NCBI RefSeq assembly: GCF_004010195.1
Contig: NC_057729.1
Location: 45,982,241 to 46,046,240 of the forward strand
Direction of reading: 5' to 3'
DNA: 64,000 nt
Origin: Chiloscyllium plagiosum
Lineage: Eukaryota
Shown: piece after piece, positions 50,192 through 63,066 of the stretch
How positions within the stretch are numbered: position 1 is the stretch's first letter
Layout: each line of letters begins with the position of its first letter
Notes under the pieces: model-generated
Seen by the model: only the letters and a program-made list of their open reading frames with translations
Database searches by the model: none
Told to the model about the DNA's origin: nothing
Made by a program: the position numbers and the translations under genes

Positions 50192-50517
50192 AGGGCAGCA
50201 TGGTGGCTCAGTGGCTAGCACTGCTACCTCACAGTGCCAGGGACCTGGGTTCAATTCCAGCCTTGGATGACTGTCTGTGTGGAGTTTGTACATTCTCCTC
50301 CGGGTGCTCTGGTTTCCTCCCACAGTGCAAAGATATGCAGGTTAGGTGGATTGGTCATGGGAAATTGCCTCTAGTGTTCAGGGATGTGGAAGCTAGGTGG
50401 GTTAGCCTAGGCAGGAAAATGCTGGGTTACAAGGATTGGGTAGGAGGCTCTTTGGAGGATTGGTGTGAAATCGATGGGCCAAATGGCCTCTTTCCACATC
50501 GTACTTTAGTGATTCTG
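50192..50517 (+). mobile_element. HE1-type V-SINE
   Basis: A box TGGCTCAGTGG, B box GGTTCAATTCC and V-domain. Confidence 0.9.
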
Positions 50518-51079
50518 AGGAGATGGATTTTGAGGAATATCATCAAGGAAGTGAGAGAGGGTTAGGCAAGAGTGAGGCAAAGGGAGAAGTGAATAGACTA
50601 GAGAGCAAAATTGAAGCTGCAAGAATCTCAGAGGCTTTAGTTCTTCATTGGCAGCAATAATGTGAAAGGTGAGAGGATTGATAGAATTGACCCCTGGTCT
50701 AAAGATTGAAAAAAGACCACAGTTTCAGGGAAGCAATTTCTATTCCAAATGTTCAAGGTACACATGCGTGGTTATTAGAAGTTGTCAGAATTGGGCTCCA
50801 CTCTAATGCCCTGCAATTGATTGGTCAATTTACATTTTAGATTCAGTATTCTAATGAGGTATTTTAGTAGCTGGATGTAAAATCGGGCAAGATACCAACC
50901 TACTCCATTGACTCTGCTCTCACCTTTATGGATTTTCTCGTGGCAGGTTCATTTATTTAATTTGGTTAATCTGTGGTATGACATTGCCACAGTGGTGACC
51001 AGAATTCTTAAATTGCTGCAACATTCACGACACCTATGATAGTTTAAAGGGGCGGGCTCCAACGGTTTTTTACAAAAAT

Positions 51080-51180
51080 GTTCCAAGGAAAGCTCATGGA
51101 CCTGAAACATTAACTCAGCTTTCTCTCCACAGATGCCGCCATACCCTGCTGAGTTTTTCCAGCAAATTCTGTTTGTGTTT
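51080..51180 (+). mobile_element. PLE terminus, family B, degenerate core, tail-less
   Basis: 'gttccaaggaaagctcatggacctgaaacattaactcagctttctctccacagatgccgcc...ttttccagcaaattctgttt'. Confidence 0.75.
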
Positions 51181-51929
51181 AACATTTTTTAGAAAGGTGG
51201 ACTCATTGCTTAAATTTTCCTGCATGTCCCCTTGCAAGTCTTCAAGCCCCCAGATTCTCTAACTGTGAAAAAATTATTAGCTCAAGTAAAACAGAAGAGA
51301 GAATAAATATTTGGCAGTGAGCTGTGGCATCCATCCACCTCCACCATTCCAATGCTGAAAGAAACTCGATGACCTCACCTGGACAGCCAAAGTAAAGAGA
51401 GGTTGTGGCATTCAACAAAGAAGGTACTGTTAGAAGCATGAGTTTACATGTACAACCACTTTTCTGCACTGTTTGGAAGAGCTTTATCACTTAACCAACA
51501 ACGTACAGGAGGTACTGCCAAAGCATTCACAGCCCTTCCCTTCACCACCAGCTATATCATTCTGACATCAATGGCAGCACTGACAACCTCAAAAGCTTGT
51601 GCAAACCATTGACTCCAGAGTTGCACCTATGCTTTCTAGCTACCTGTTCTGGATGACTCAATGTTTCCCATTCCTTAACACTAGTACCATTGAACCAGCT
51701 CAGTTTGGATCTCTCCAGCACCTATGTGTGACTGGCTTCACCTCTGCCACCTTCTCTGGTTGTTTGCTGAGGTTGAACTTATGTGGAACACAACTTCACT
51801 GTTCTGCCCGAGCCTGACATGAACTCTCAGACCTGCATCTGAACTATTGCCAGGGTTGACTTTGCGACTTTGAAACAATGGCTGCTTGCACTGTGCTCTG
51901 TTTAACATTAAGGTTTGTGTTGTTACCAA

Positions 51930-52420
51930 TGCTCTTGTCCCTGTTTCTATCCATATTGACTTTGTTAATCTATAACTGCGTCATCTCCTCTACCTTGGCA
52001 CTCATAAATCTTATTTCAGCCATGGTGCACTTGCTCTCTGTACTTCAACATTCATGATCCCCACCCCCCCAACCCTTGTTATTCCTCCAAGGTCAGGTTC
52101 CCCATTCTGAGCCTTATGTTCCTCTGCCTCTGGATTGCTATTGTTTTCAGTTTTCCCGATTCAGTAGAAGCCAATTTTTCAACATTAATCCTTCTGGAAC
52201 ATGCTTCAAAAACCACTCTGTTTTGCAACTGCATTTCTTGTCTTTAAAAACCTCTTTAAAAGAGAGAGAAAAAAAGCAGTTCTCTTCTGACTGCTCCTTT
52301 GATCTCCCCCACCAAGCTCACTTCACTTCTGAGTTGGTACCCACTTCTCCCCGGTGTAAAGCTCTCTGAGATGCTGTTTTATGTGAGAAACATGCTATAA
52401 AAGTAAGTTTTGGCTGTAGT
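51930..52420 (+). mobile_element. Very old L2-like LINE 3' remnant
   Basis: Ends 'tgtaaagctctctgagatgctgttttatgtgagaaacatgctataaaagtaagttt', resembling a recalled L2-type tail. Confidence 0.4.
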
Positions 52421-53149
52421 TTGTGTCAGTAGAGAAATAGATTTGCTGGAGGCAAATCCTGAGAATTAGCTTTAGTGTTAAATTGTAAATGGATTTGTTA
52501 TAGAAAAATCTCTTTAGGACAAAATGCAACAAGAGGGATTTCTATTCATGAGAAGGGACTAGGATCATTCTCTCCACTGTATAAATGAGATGTACACTCT
52601 ATATCAATATGAATTATCTACTATCTTTACGATATGTCACTGACAAACCATCTAAGTACTGTGACATGGTTTCAAAAATCTAATCTCAATGTATTAACAG
52701 TTGTAACAAATAATTTGTTTGATAAACCTCCAGAAAAAAGGTTAAATTAATTATGGGTGAGGATAGTATTAAAAGGTGGTATTGTGAAATACAGTTCAAT
52801 TAAACAAATACATATTACTCTATTTGTTTTAAATGGAACTTAAATTGACTTTTAGGTTTAAAGATGTAATTTGTGTTGGGAATCAATTTAACTTTCGATT
52901 TTGTCTCTACCTTCATTGAAGGAAATGGTAAAAAGTTAGAGATACAAACAGAAGGTGTGTTGGCTCATTGCACCCTCACATTTATAAATCATACATGTAA
53001 CCTTACAGGCTTTTAATGAATAACATCAACTCTCATGGTCACATGGCTTTTTGCTGCTGTTATTTACTTTTCATTCTCAATCAGATTTCTCACAGGCTTT
53101 CCAGGGCAAATATATTCAGAACCAATACATTGTCAGGAGAACAATTTTA

Positions 53150-53470
53150 ATAATTCATTCTGAAGATGTGGACAGTTCTAGCAAGGCAGACATTCTATTG
53201 CTCCAATTCCTAGTTGAGTCATTTGATATGATCGAATCACTTGCTAGGCCACTTCTGAGGGCAAGTCTCAACCTGCTTGGATGACACTGGATTCATATGT
53301 TGGATTGAGTAAGGAAGGATGGCAGGTTTCTGCATCTGAAGGATGTAGCGAACCAGTTTCTAACTGTCCAACAGCTTCAGCATAATTTTCACTGATACCA
53401 GCTTTTATTTTCAGATTTTTTTCTTAATGAGGGCTGAATTAAAACTCTCAGAAATCAGGGCTGTGGATTG
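53150..53470 (-). mobile_element. Degenerate SINE (family of 17236-17580)
   Basis: 'ttgctaggccacttctgagggca...ggatggcaggtttc...gaaccag'. Confidence 0.55.
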
Positions 53471-55867
53471 TCAGCACTGTGCTATTGTACCGGTGTCCCA
53501 TTCAACTCAAATGACACCAGGTGCCATCCTGTCCAATTGTTTAATGAAACTGTACCCTTGTTGATAACATCTAGCTGGTGAATTGAGTAGAACTTGTATT
53601 AATATTATCTCCTCAAAATCTGCATGCGCAGGCCCGTCATCTGACATAATTCCCATTAACTCTGAGGGTTCTTGCAATCTCCTTGTATAAAACAAAGAAA
53701 AAATTCTCAGGAGATGGAAGAAAATAAACACATTTCCATTTAGAAGAAAGTAGGCAACCTTCTCATAGCGAAAACCCCTACATTTAAAACGTTTGAGAAG
53801 TGAGTCACCTTTGCAAGCCAGCTTCACAGAGATAGATGTTATAGTCATGAAAGTGTGCAGTGTTCAGTGTTAGCTACACTTTGTTCCATTAATTAAACCT
53901 ATGAAATTGTGGAAGAAGAGCAGCCCACTTGTCAGCTTGTCAATCATATCGAGATTGGCTTGTTTTATTCCATTATAAAAAAAATCACCTTAGAAATTCC
54001 TATTACACTGTTTTTACATTCTCTCCATATTTGTGTCACTTTGTTCAGCAAAATGAGCAAATTTTTTTTCAAAAAACAGCAAGCGTTAACCTTCTGATAG
54101 TTGCAAGGTGAAAACAAGTCTTTAATCATGCGACAAATTAAGTGGCGTTATTGTGACATCTCAACAGATGGCACAGATTCACTTGCCCGAAGTGAAGACT
54201 GAAGAGGAGAAAAAGGGAAACGTGTGAAATGTGCTGGAGCTTGTGTTTCTGTCAGTTAGGAGTAAGAAAGTTCAGCAAGTGATACTTTGTTAAGTGTCAG
54301 TCATTCAAATGTTTCTAAAAATGCATTGCAACTGAAATCATATTGGCACTGCTACCATAATAGAATATTTGGATAACTCATTATTATACATCATGAAAGG
54401 GAAACTGATGTTCTTTATGAAAAAACTGCATTAATTAGCCCTCAGGCTTTTGCAAATGTTACTGTTCAAATAAATGAGATGTTCAATTTAAGTAAAACTC
54501 GCTGTTCAAATATGATAAATATGTATTTAGAGAGGCTTTTATTTTTTTCTTTGAATTAAACTTGTACTTAGACAGAACAGGACAAATTGCACAGATTGAG
54601 AGGATTACAATATACCATAATTACACGGATTGATCATGAAGATCTTGTACAGATTATGCTGTCCTATAATTGCACAGATTGATTGAGAAAGTGGTCTAAA
54701 TCATTCCTTAACTTAATTGCAGCGTTTGAGCAAGGAGATTTACACCATAGGCATACATTTACATTTTGCATTTTTTTGAAGATTACACATACTTCATCAT
54801 CAATGTGCAGATAGTTTGAGTGGACAGTCTGTAGATTATACTGAAGTATAGCTGGATACTTTATTGTGTTGTGCTGTAACTAACCATGTTAGTTAACCAC
54901 TTCTAAGGAAACAATAATATTGCATCAAACTTACCACTTAAGTGGATGGTGCAGAAATTAGAATAGATTTTTCCGCTCAAGCACTGTTGTAAAGCTCTGG
55001 GATGTTGGTTGTTTTGGGAATATGCTAATATTCACAACACTGTTGTGAAAGAGATGGCATTATGAATCCTTGCACCCTGGTTCCCTGGAAAGCAGACACA
55101 TACTTTGGGTTATATGGTCCAGCCAACAGAGGAAGAAGATGCAAATATGGACAGAGCAAACTTTGCATGAAATACAAAAGAGCTTTACGGTCTACCTAAA
55201 TCTGTGTCAATAAGATACCAGACAAATTCCCATCCAATTAGAATGGGATCATATTGTGTACGTCCTCTACCTACATATCTGGAGTGGATGAAATAGAAAC
55301 CTTCAGGAATTATGAGGCTGTTAAAGGGGTAAACACTTTTGTACGATTTTTGTAATTTTGGTTCTTCTGGGTACTTTGTTTAGCTTTCTCTCAAGGTGCA
55401 GCAACATTTTGGAAATGGAGTGGAGATGTGCTCTGAAGGTTCTCAGTCTGGAACATGATGGATGCCATCGTCTGTGGGACATGGGTGCATGTGGCTGGTG
55501 CTTGTAGAGCATACACTGAGATGCTGGATACTGGTGTCCAACATGGAGATTGTTAAGAGCAGGCAGCAAGCTGAATTTGCCTGGTACCTGTTCTGGTTTT
55601 GTTGTCAAGTTTTCTCTATGTCTAGCTTGTTTGGCGAGTTTGGTAAGATGGGAGTCTGAATATTAATGTGGTGGGTTGGGCCATAATCGAGGTGTTGAAT
55701 TAGCAATAATCCACTTTAATTAATATCTCACATCCTAGTGCCTTGCCAATTGTGAAAAGCATAAAAGATGGCACAAAATGCTGCTGATATTGAGATGGAT
55801 CTTGATCCACTTGTCACCTGGTTCTGCTGTGTATCTTGTTATGGGCCACGTTGTTCCATTGTCTTTG

Positions 55868-56035
55868 AATATTTTTAAGGCAGCGTTGGTAGGCTCTTGT
55901 TAAGCAAGGAGATGTAATGCTGTCAGCAGGAGGTGGGAATACAGATTTTAAGTTACAATCAGATCAGTCATGATCTCATTAAATGGTGAAGCAGGCTGGA
56001 AGGGCCACAAGGATTCATTCTGCTCCCTGTACATT
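55868..56035 (+). mobile_element. CR1 3' end
   Basis: 'gatcagtcatgatctcattaaatggtgaagcaggctggaagggcc'. Confidence 0.7.
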
Positions 56036-56052
56036 TATAACTAGATTGAAGT

Positions 56053-56688
56053 AGAGTCATAGAGATGTACAGCACAGAAACAGACCCTTCGGTCCAACCA
56101 GTCCATGCTGACCAGATATCTCAACTCAATCTAGTCCCATCTGTCAGCACCCGGCCCATATCCCTCAAAACCCTTTCTATTCATATATACGTCCAAATGC
56201 CTTTTAGATGTTGCAATTGTACCAGTCTCCATCACTTCCTCTGGCAGCTCATTCCATACACATACTACTCTCTGCATGAAAAAGTTGTCCCTTAGGTCTC
56301 TTTTGTATCTTTCCCCTCTCACCCTAAACCTATGCCCTCTAGATCTGGACTCACCCCACCCTAGGGAAAAGACTTTGTCTACTTATCCTATCCATGTCCC
56401 TCATAGTTTTGTAAACCTCTATAAGATCACCCCTCAGCCTCCGACGCTCCAGGGAAAACAGACGCATCCTGTTCAGCCTCTCCCTATAGCTCAAATCCTC
56501 CAATCCTAGCAACATCCTTGTAAATCTTTTTTGAACTCCTTCAAGTTTCACAACATCTTTTTGATAGGAAGGAGACCAGAATTGCACACAATATTCCAAC
56601 AGTGGCCTAATCAATATCCTGTACAGCCGCAACATGACCTCCCAACTCCTGTACTCAATACTCTGATTGATAAAGGAAAGCATACCAA
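56053..56688 (-). mobile_element. Young CR1 (HER1-like) 3' fragment
   Basis: ORFs 56131-56322 and 56351-56683. Confidence 0.93.
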
Positions 56689-56726
56689 TACAAGGTTTAT
56701 TTGAGTGAAAGAAAGAGGAATTTTAT

Positions 56727-57183
56727 TTGAATTGAATTTGAATTTGAATGTAATTTATTGTCACGTGTACCAAGGCACAGTGAAAAGCTTTGTCTTGCGA
56801 GCAATACAGGCAGATCATAGAGTTAAGTAACATAGATAAATAAATAATAGGTAAACAGCAGCAAAAACCAAAACACAGGGTACAGGCAAGTTTGTGAGTC
56901 CATTCAGTATTCTAACAACAATAGAGTAGAAACCTTTTCAAAACCGGCTAGTGCATATGTTCAGGCTTCTGTACCTTCTCCCCGAATGGTAGAGATTGTA
57001 GAAAAACATTGCCAGTGTGGGATGGATCTTTGAGAATGCTGGTGGCCTTTCCTTGACAGCGGGCCTGGTAGAAGGATTCTATAGATGGGAGGTTGGCCTT
57101 TGTGATTGTCCAGGCCGAGGTCACCACTCTCTATAACGGTCTCCGATCTTGAATGGTACATTTGCCATACAAGGGTAGTAATA
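56727..57183 (-). mobile_element. Rex1/Babar-type LINE 3' end
   Basis: Minus strand encodes a decayed 'RTITKANLPSIES...SILKDPSH.GNVFLQ.LP.GRRYRSL'; TTGAAT-like repeat tail at 56727-56749. Confidence 0.75.
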
Positions 57184-58154
57184 ACTCCAACAAAAAAATG
57201 ATTAAATGCAGCATCAAACATGCACAAACATAGATATTGAATTTAAAAAGGATAGGAAAATTAAGGTTACATAGTTAAAAAATTCTTACAGTCCTTAAGA
57301 TTTTTAACCTAAAGCCACTTTTTTTAATTGATAATTTATATCCTGAGCAGATCCAAAATTTTCTGACATCTTTGACATCTTGGTCATAGTTGCTTTTCAA
57401 TGGGTGTTGTCTTCTGACATGATGAAAAGGAACTGGAGGGAGAATCCTTTGTTCCATACATCAATTCTTCATTCCATTATCAATACATGTTCATTCTCTT
57501 TCCTACACTACCAAGGAGCTATTTGAAATATGGTTCCAGGTATATTCCTGAATCTGGCTTCATTGTCTTTCAAAGCTGGCTAACTGGCAGGTGAACCTTT
57601 CATCACCTAATATGTGAAATTATCATACAATGTGCATTAGAATAGGAGTTGCAAATTTCTTAACCCTGAATGAATTGACTGGTTTCAGTGACTTTAGATA
57701 AAATGCTAATTTCAGTGTAGAAGGTTTTATTAGTCTCCTGGACTTCCCTTGATCTATGGTCAAGTAATCATGGCAGCCACTTTAGGTTAGTATTGGTATA
57801 ATACTCAGATTCAGCGAGTTAACATTTGATAATCTTATTTTTATATTTAAATTTAGAATTTGCCAGTCTCTGATTGGCTAGTAGCTGACCCAGGATGCCT
57901 GTTTGGAGGACTACAATAGACTCAAATGCGCCTGTCAGTTTTTAAAAGGTGATTGGTGCATAATAAGTCAAGATTTCTTGGTCGCCTGTTAGTCACACAT
58001 GAACTGTTCATTAAAAAATTAGAAAATTGTGCCCACAGTTTTGAACTTCCAGTGCTATTTGTAATTGTGTGACTACTTGTGGCGCAAACTGAGAAGAGAA
58101 AAGGACGTGATGGACAACATATTTATTATTTTGGTTGTATCGACCTTCACAACA

Positions 58155-58455
58155 TGTGCCAATTAGCTCCATTTACGAGAACAAGGGGGCATGGCCTCAA
58201 AATAAGGGGAAGCAGATTTAGGGCTGAGTTGAGGAGGAGCTTCTTCATCTAAAGGTTTGTGAATCTGTGGAATACCCTGCCCAGTGAAGTAGTTGAGATT
58301 ACATCATTGAATGTTTTTAAGGCAAAGGTAGATTTTTGAGTAGTAAAGAAATTATGGGTTATATTGAGCGGGCAGCTGAGTTCACAAAAAGATCAGCCAT
58401 GATCTTATTGAATGGCAGAGAAGGCTGGATGGGCCAAATGGCCCTGCTTCTATTT
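58155..58455 (+). mobile_element. CR1 3' end
   Basis: 'gagttgaggaggagcttcttcatctaaaggtttgtgaatctgtggaataccctgccc'. Confidence 0.82.
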
Positions 58456-60072
58456 CCAAGGTTGGCTTGCTGACCAGAGATTTGTTTGGAATAATGCCAA
58501 CAGAACAGGTATGGACCTGTTTCAGGCTGAGGTAGAAATGAGACCACTTGTCCTTCACCTGGGAAAGACAATGGCAAACCACCACTAAACAAGAAAATGG
58601 TTTCGAACGAAACATCACCAGACAACGAACCAAAAGCATGTTTCAAAGCAATGCATGTGATATCAAGGTTCAAAGTAAATATTTTCTGTAAGTTGAGACC
58701 AACCAATAGTTCATTTTATAAACTCTAACATCTTCAGCTTGGAAGCAGCAGTTCTGTGCACCATTAATTAAACTGGTTGTTATTGAATATTATTTAAATG
58801 GACAATACCTTCTTGTTAATGTATCTGATAATGGTGTTGAAGATATTTTGTTGTCGTCACAATACCTCACTCATTTGGATACCACATTGTTATTAGTCAT
58901 TAAAAACAGCTAAGGTCTAACCTTTGTGGTCAGTGCATCTTAACTCTAATGCAGCATATCGCAGAATAGTGGGGTTTGGGTTTGTGTACTGTTACATGGA
59001 CATGGAAATGGAAAAGGTGCCAAGCAATAGTTCTCAGAGAAAACAGTGTAGGTTGCAATACCTGGTGAGTTAGTTCTCACCATTACAGGGCCATTCTATC
59101 TGCCCATTTCTCAGCATAGGGTATCACAACTGGAGAAGAACAAAAGGAAGCAGTGTGGCTAGAAGTGATGACGATAGTAGGATTTCCTGTGAAAGTTCTG
59201 TAGCCTCTGTTCAGATTGTCATACAATGCTGTGTAGAATATTTGGAATGTGGCCAAGTAACAAACACCATGCACTTCTGATTATTACAAAACAACTAGAG
59301 GTTCACAGAAAGCAGCAAAACATTCATCTACAATTTATAGTCACATAAATATACAACAATAGGAAATCACCAGGCATAAAAAGGGATTAAACCAGATACA
59401 CCTAAAACCAGTTCATTTGAAAAGACAAGTTGCGAATTCCAAATGATACTTGTGATTTTAATTTTCCCCCTTGCTTGTAAACCGATCACTGTTCATGGCC
59501 TTCTGCAGTGTCTCAGTGAAGCTCAGTATAATGTTGCAAGTATTTAGTTCATGGTTCAACCTTTTTGGCAGATAACTTTTGGTTTTGGGAATTAAATCTT
59601 AACTGTAGAGATGGGATGGATACAATTAAAGCAGGCTTGGAGACTATTATGCTTAGACATTTGGGCTGTGTTACCTTAAGAAGTTAACTCTGGGATTATT
59701 AGGAAGCTGAAAGCAAGCAATTCAGAAGGTGGCCATTTTTAAAAATAAATACAGAATAGAAGAGTCAGAGCTACAACCTCAGCAGGTTGACTTACTTCGC
59801 TGAAGCACTGTAGATGTGATATTTGCAGTGGTTGCAATCCAGAGAGCTTGGGCAGTCCAAAGAGGTAATTTTCACAGAATCGTACAGTACAGAAATGGCC
59901 TGTATTGATTAGAGTCATAGAGTCATAGAGATGTACAGCATAGAAACAGACCCTTTGGTCCAACCTGTCCATGCCTACCAGATATCCCAACCCAATCTAG
60001 TACCACCTGCCAACACCCGGCCCATATCCCTCCAAACCCTTCCTATTCATATACCCATCCAAATGCCTTTAA

Positions 60073-60257
60073 GGGTGCTCCAGTTTCCTCCCATAATCCA
60101 AAGATGTGCACGTTAGGTGAGTTGGCCATGCTAAATTGCCCCATAGCGTTAGGTCAATTAGTCAGAGAGAAATGGGTCTGGGTGGGTTACTCTTCAGAGG
60201 GTCGGTGTGGACTGGTTGGGTCGAAGGGCCTGTTTCCACACTGTAGGGAATCTAATC
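60073..60257 (+). mobile_element. 5'-truncated HE1-type SINE inserted in HER1
   Basis: Host 'tgcctttaa|...|taaatgttgc' is split by V-domain plus tail; TAA duplicated. Confidence 0.88.
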
Positions 60258-61002
60258 TAAATGTTGCAATTGTACCAGCCTCCACCACTTCCTCTGGCAG
60301 CTCATTCCATACACGTACCACCCGCTGTGTGAAAAAGTTGCCCCTGAGGTCTCTTTTATATTTTTTCCCTCTCACCCTAAACCTATGCCCCCTAGTTCTG
60401 GACTCCCCCACCTCAGGGAAAAACTTTGTCTATTTATCCTATCCATGCCCCTCATAATTTTAAAAACCTCTATAAGGTCACTCCTCAGCCTCCGACACTC
60501 CAGGGAAAACAGCCCCAGCCTGTTCCGCCTCTTCCTATAGCTCAAATCCTCCAACCCTGGTAACATCCTTGTAAATCTTTTCTGAACCCTTTCAAGTTTC
60601 ACAACATCTTTCCAATAGGAAGGAGACCAGAATTGCACGCAATATTCCAACAGTGGCCTAACCAATGTCCTGTACAGCCACAATATGACCTCCCAACTCC
60701 TGTACTTAATACTCTGACAATAAAGGAAAATATACCAAATGCCTCCTTCAATATCCTACCTACCTGCGACTCTGCTTTTAAAGAGCTATGAATGTGCACT
60801 CCAAGGTCTCTTTGTTCAGCAACACTCCCTATGACCTTACAATTAAGTGTATAAGAACTGCTAAGATTTGCTTTCTCAAAATGCAGCACCTCGCATTTAT
60901 CTGAATTAAACGCCATCTGCCACTTCTCAGCCCATCTGATCAAGATTCTGTTGTAATCTGAGGTAACCTTCTTCGCTTGTCCACTATGCCTCCAATTTTG
61001 GT

Positions 61003-61381
61003 GTCATAGAGTCATTGAGTCATAGAGGTGTACAGAATGGAAACAGACCCTTCGGTCCAACCCGTCCATGCCGACCAGATATCCCAACCCAATCTAGTCC
61101 CACCTGCCAGCACCCGACCCATATCCCTCCAAACCCTTCCTATTCATATACCCATCCAAATGCCTCTTAAATGTTGCAATTGTACCAGCCTCCACCACTT
61201 CCTCTGGCAGCTCATTCCATACACGTACCACCCTCTGCATGAAAAAGTTGCCCCTTATGTCTCTTTTACATCTTTCCCCTCTCACCCTAAACCTATGCCC
61301 TCTAGTTCTGGACTCCCCGACCCCAGGAAAAAAACTTTGCCTATTTATCCTATCCATGCCCCTCATAATTTTGTAAACCTC
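61003..61381 (-). mobile_element. HER1-like 3' fragment inserted into its own family
   Basis: A new tail starts at the host GTCAT; host resumes 'cttactaact...atgctcgcatcc' at ~61381 (compare the uninterrupted copy at 22831-22880). Confidence 0.88.
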
Positions 61382-61863
61382 TTACTAACTAATGCTCGCA
61401 TCCAAATCATTTATATAAATGACAAAAAGTAGAGGACCCAGCACCGGCACTCCACTGGTCACCAGCCACCAGTCTGAAAAACAATCCTCCATCACCACCC
61501 TCTGTCTTCTACCTTTGAGCCAGTTCTGTATCCACATGGCTAGTTCTCCCTGCATTCAGTGAGATCTAACCTTGCTAACCAGTGTCCCATGGGGAACCTT
61601 GTCAAACGCCTTACTGAAGTCCATATAGATCACATCTACCACTCTGCCCTCATCAATCCTCTTTGTTACTTCTTCAAAAAACTCAATCAAGCTTGTGAGA
61701 CATGATTTCCCACACACAAAGTCATGTTGACTATCCCTAATCAGTCCTTGCCTTTCCAAATACATGTACATCCTATCCCTCAGGATTCCCTCCAACAACT
61801 TGCCCACCACCGACGTCAGGCTCACTGATCTATAGTTACCTGGCTTGTCCTTACCATGTTTCT

Positions 61864-62090
61864 TGTAATGAGGTCAGCCGGGTAGACCTCATAGGATATG
61901 AGTTCCCTGATTGGGGCTGTTAATCTGGTCCAATCATGGAGTCCTCGCTCACAGATAAGAGCAAGAGTGTCAGCCATCCAATTGTCTCTGAGAGCTGGCT
62001 CTGGGGGAGCTGGATCAGTGTCAAGGACTCTCTATATGTAAATAAATGGTGATTTAGTGACTGAATACCCACCTCTGTGGAGTAATTTCA
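61864..62090 (+). mobile_element. Probable solo LTR (~227 bp)
   Basis: TGTAAT...ATTTCA termini, CCAAT at ~61930 and AATAAA at 62041; no TSD seen. Confidence 0.6.
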
Positions 62091-62420
62091 AGGCCTTCAG
62101 CCCATCAAGTTTTGTACTGCCATAGCTACATTAAATTGACACCAGTTCCATTTTCTAGAACTAGGCACATAGCTTTGAAGGTTATGACTTTTCAAATGCT
62201 CATCCAAGTACTTCTTAAAAGTTGTGAGGATTCCTGCTTTAACCACTCTTTCAGGTAATCAGTTCCATTCACTCCCCAACCTTCTGGGTGAAGAAGGTCT
62301 TCGTCAAATCCCCTCTGAACCTCCTCCCTTTCACCCTAAATCAATGTCTCCTTATAATTGACCCTTCAACTAAGGGGAACAGTTGCTTTCTATTCACCTT
62401 GTCCATACTCCTCAATTTTT
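62091..62420 (-). mobile_element. CR1 3' fragment (different subfamily)
   Basis: 'aatgctcatccaagtacttc...cttctgggtgaagaagg...cacccta'. Confidence 0.72.
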
Positions 62421-62746
62421 TTATATAGGTGTTGGAGTTGAATTAATTTCAAGCATTGCATGAACACTGAAAGGTTATAAAATCCATTTAGTTTATCAGA
62501 TCAAAGACAAAATTGTAATTAAGGGATAAATGACATAAAGGTTGGTTGATGATGTCCTGCTGCAGGCTCCATAGTTATGGAGATGGATTGCAGTGGTATC
62601 AGCAAGAGCGGGCTTTGTGCAGAGTGGTGGACAAAGATGGCGGCGCAAGCCTGAGTAAATATTGAAGGTAGAGGCAAGCGGCAGTGGCAGCAATGCAAGA
62701 TGAGACGGATGCGGCTCTATCCCAGCCCACGGTCTCCCGGTGGGCA

Positions 62747-63066
62747 TAGAGCAGAATCTCTACAGCGTGGAAACAGGCCCTTCAGTTCAACCAGTCCCCA
62801 CTGCCCCTCTGAAGAATATCCCACCCAAACTCATTCCTCTACATTTACTACTGACTAATGCACCTAACCTACACATCCCGAAACATAATTCACCAGACCT
62901 GCTCATCTTTGGATTGTGGGAGGAAACTGGAGCACCCAGGGGAAACCCACGCAGACACGGGGAGAATGTGCAAACTCCACACAGACAGTCACCCAAGGCG
63001 GGAATTGAACCTAGGTTCCTGGTGCTGTGAGGGAGCAGTGCTAACCACTGAGCCACCATGTCACCC
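62747..63066 (-). mobile_element. Full-length HE1-type V-SINE
   Basis: A/B boxes, V-domain and tail. Confidence 0.92.

Larger units (their letters stand above)
59910..61863 (-). mobile_element. Young CR1 (HER1-like) LINE from RT core to 3' end, with two nested inserts
   Basis: ORF 61556-61825 'SLTSVVGKLLE...SQHDF...KSCLT...DVIYMDFSKAFDKVPH'; ORFs 60372-60943. Confidence 0.94.
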
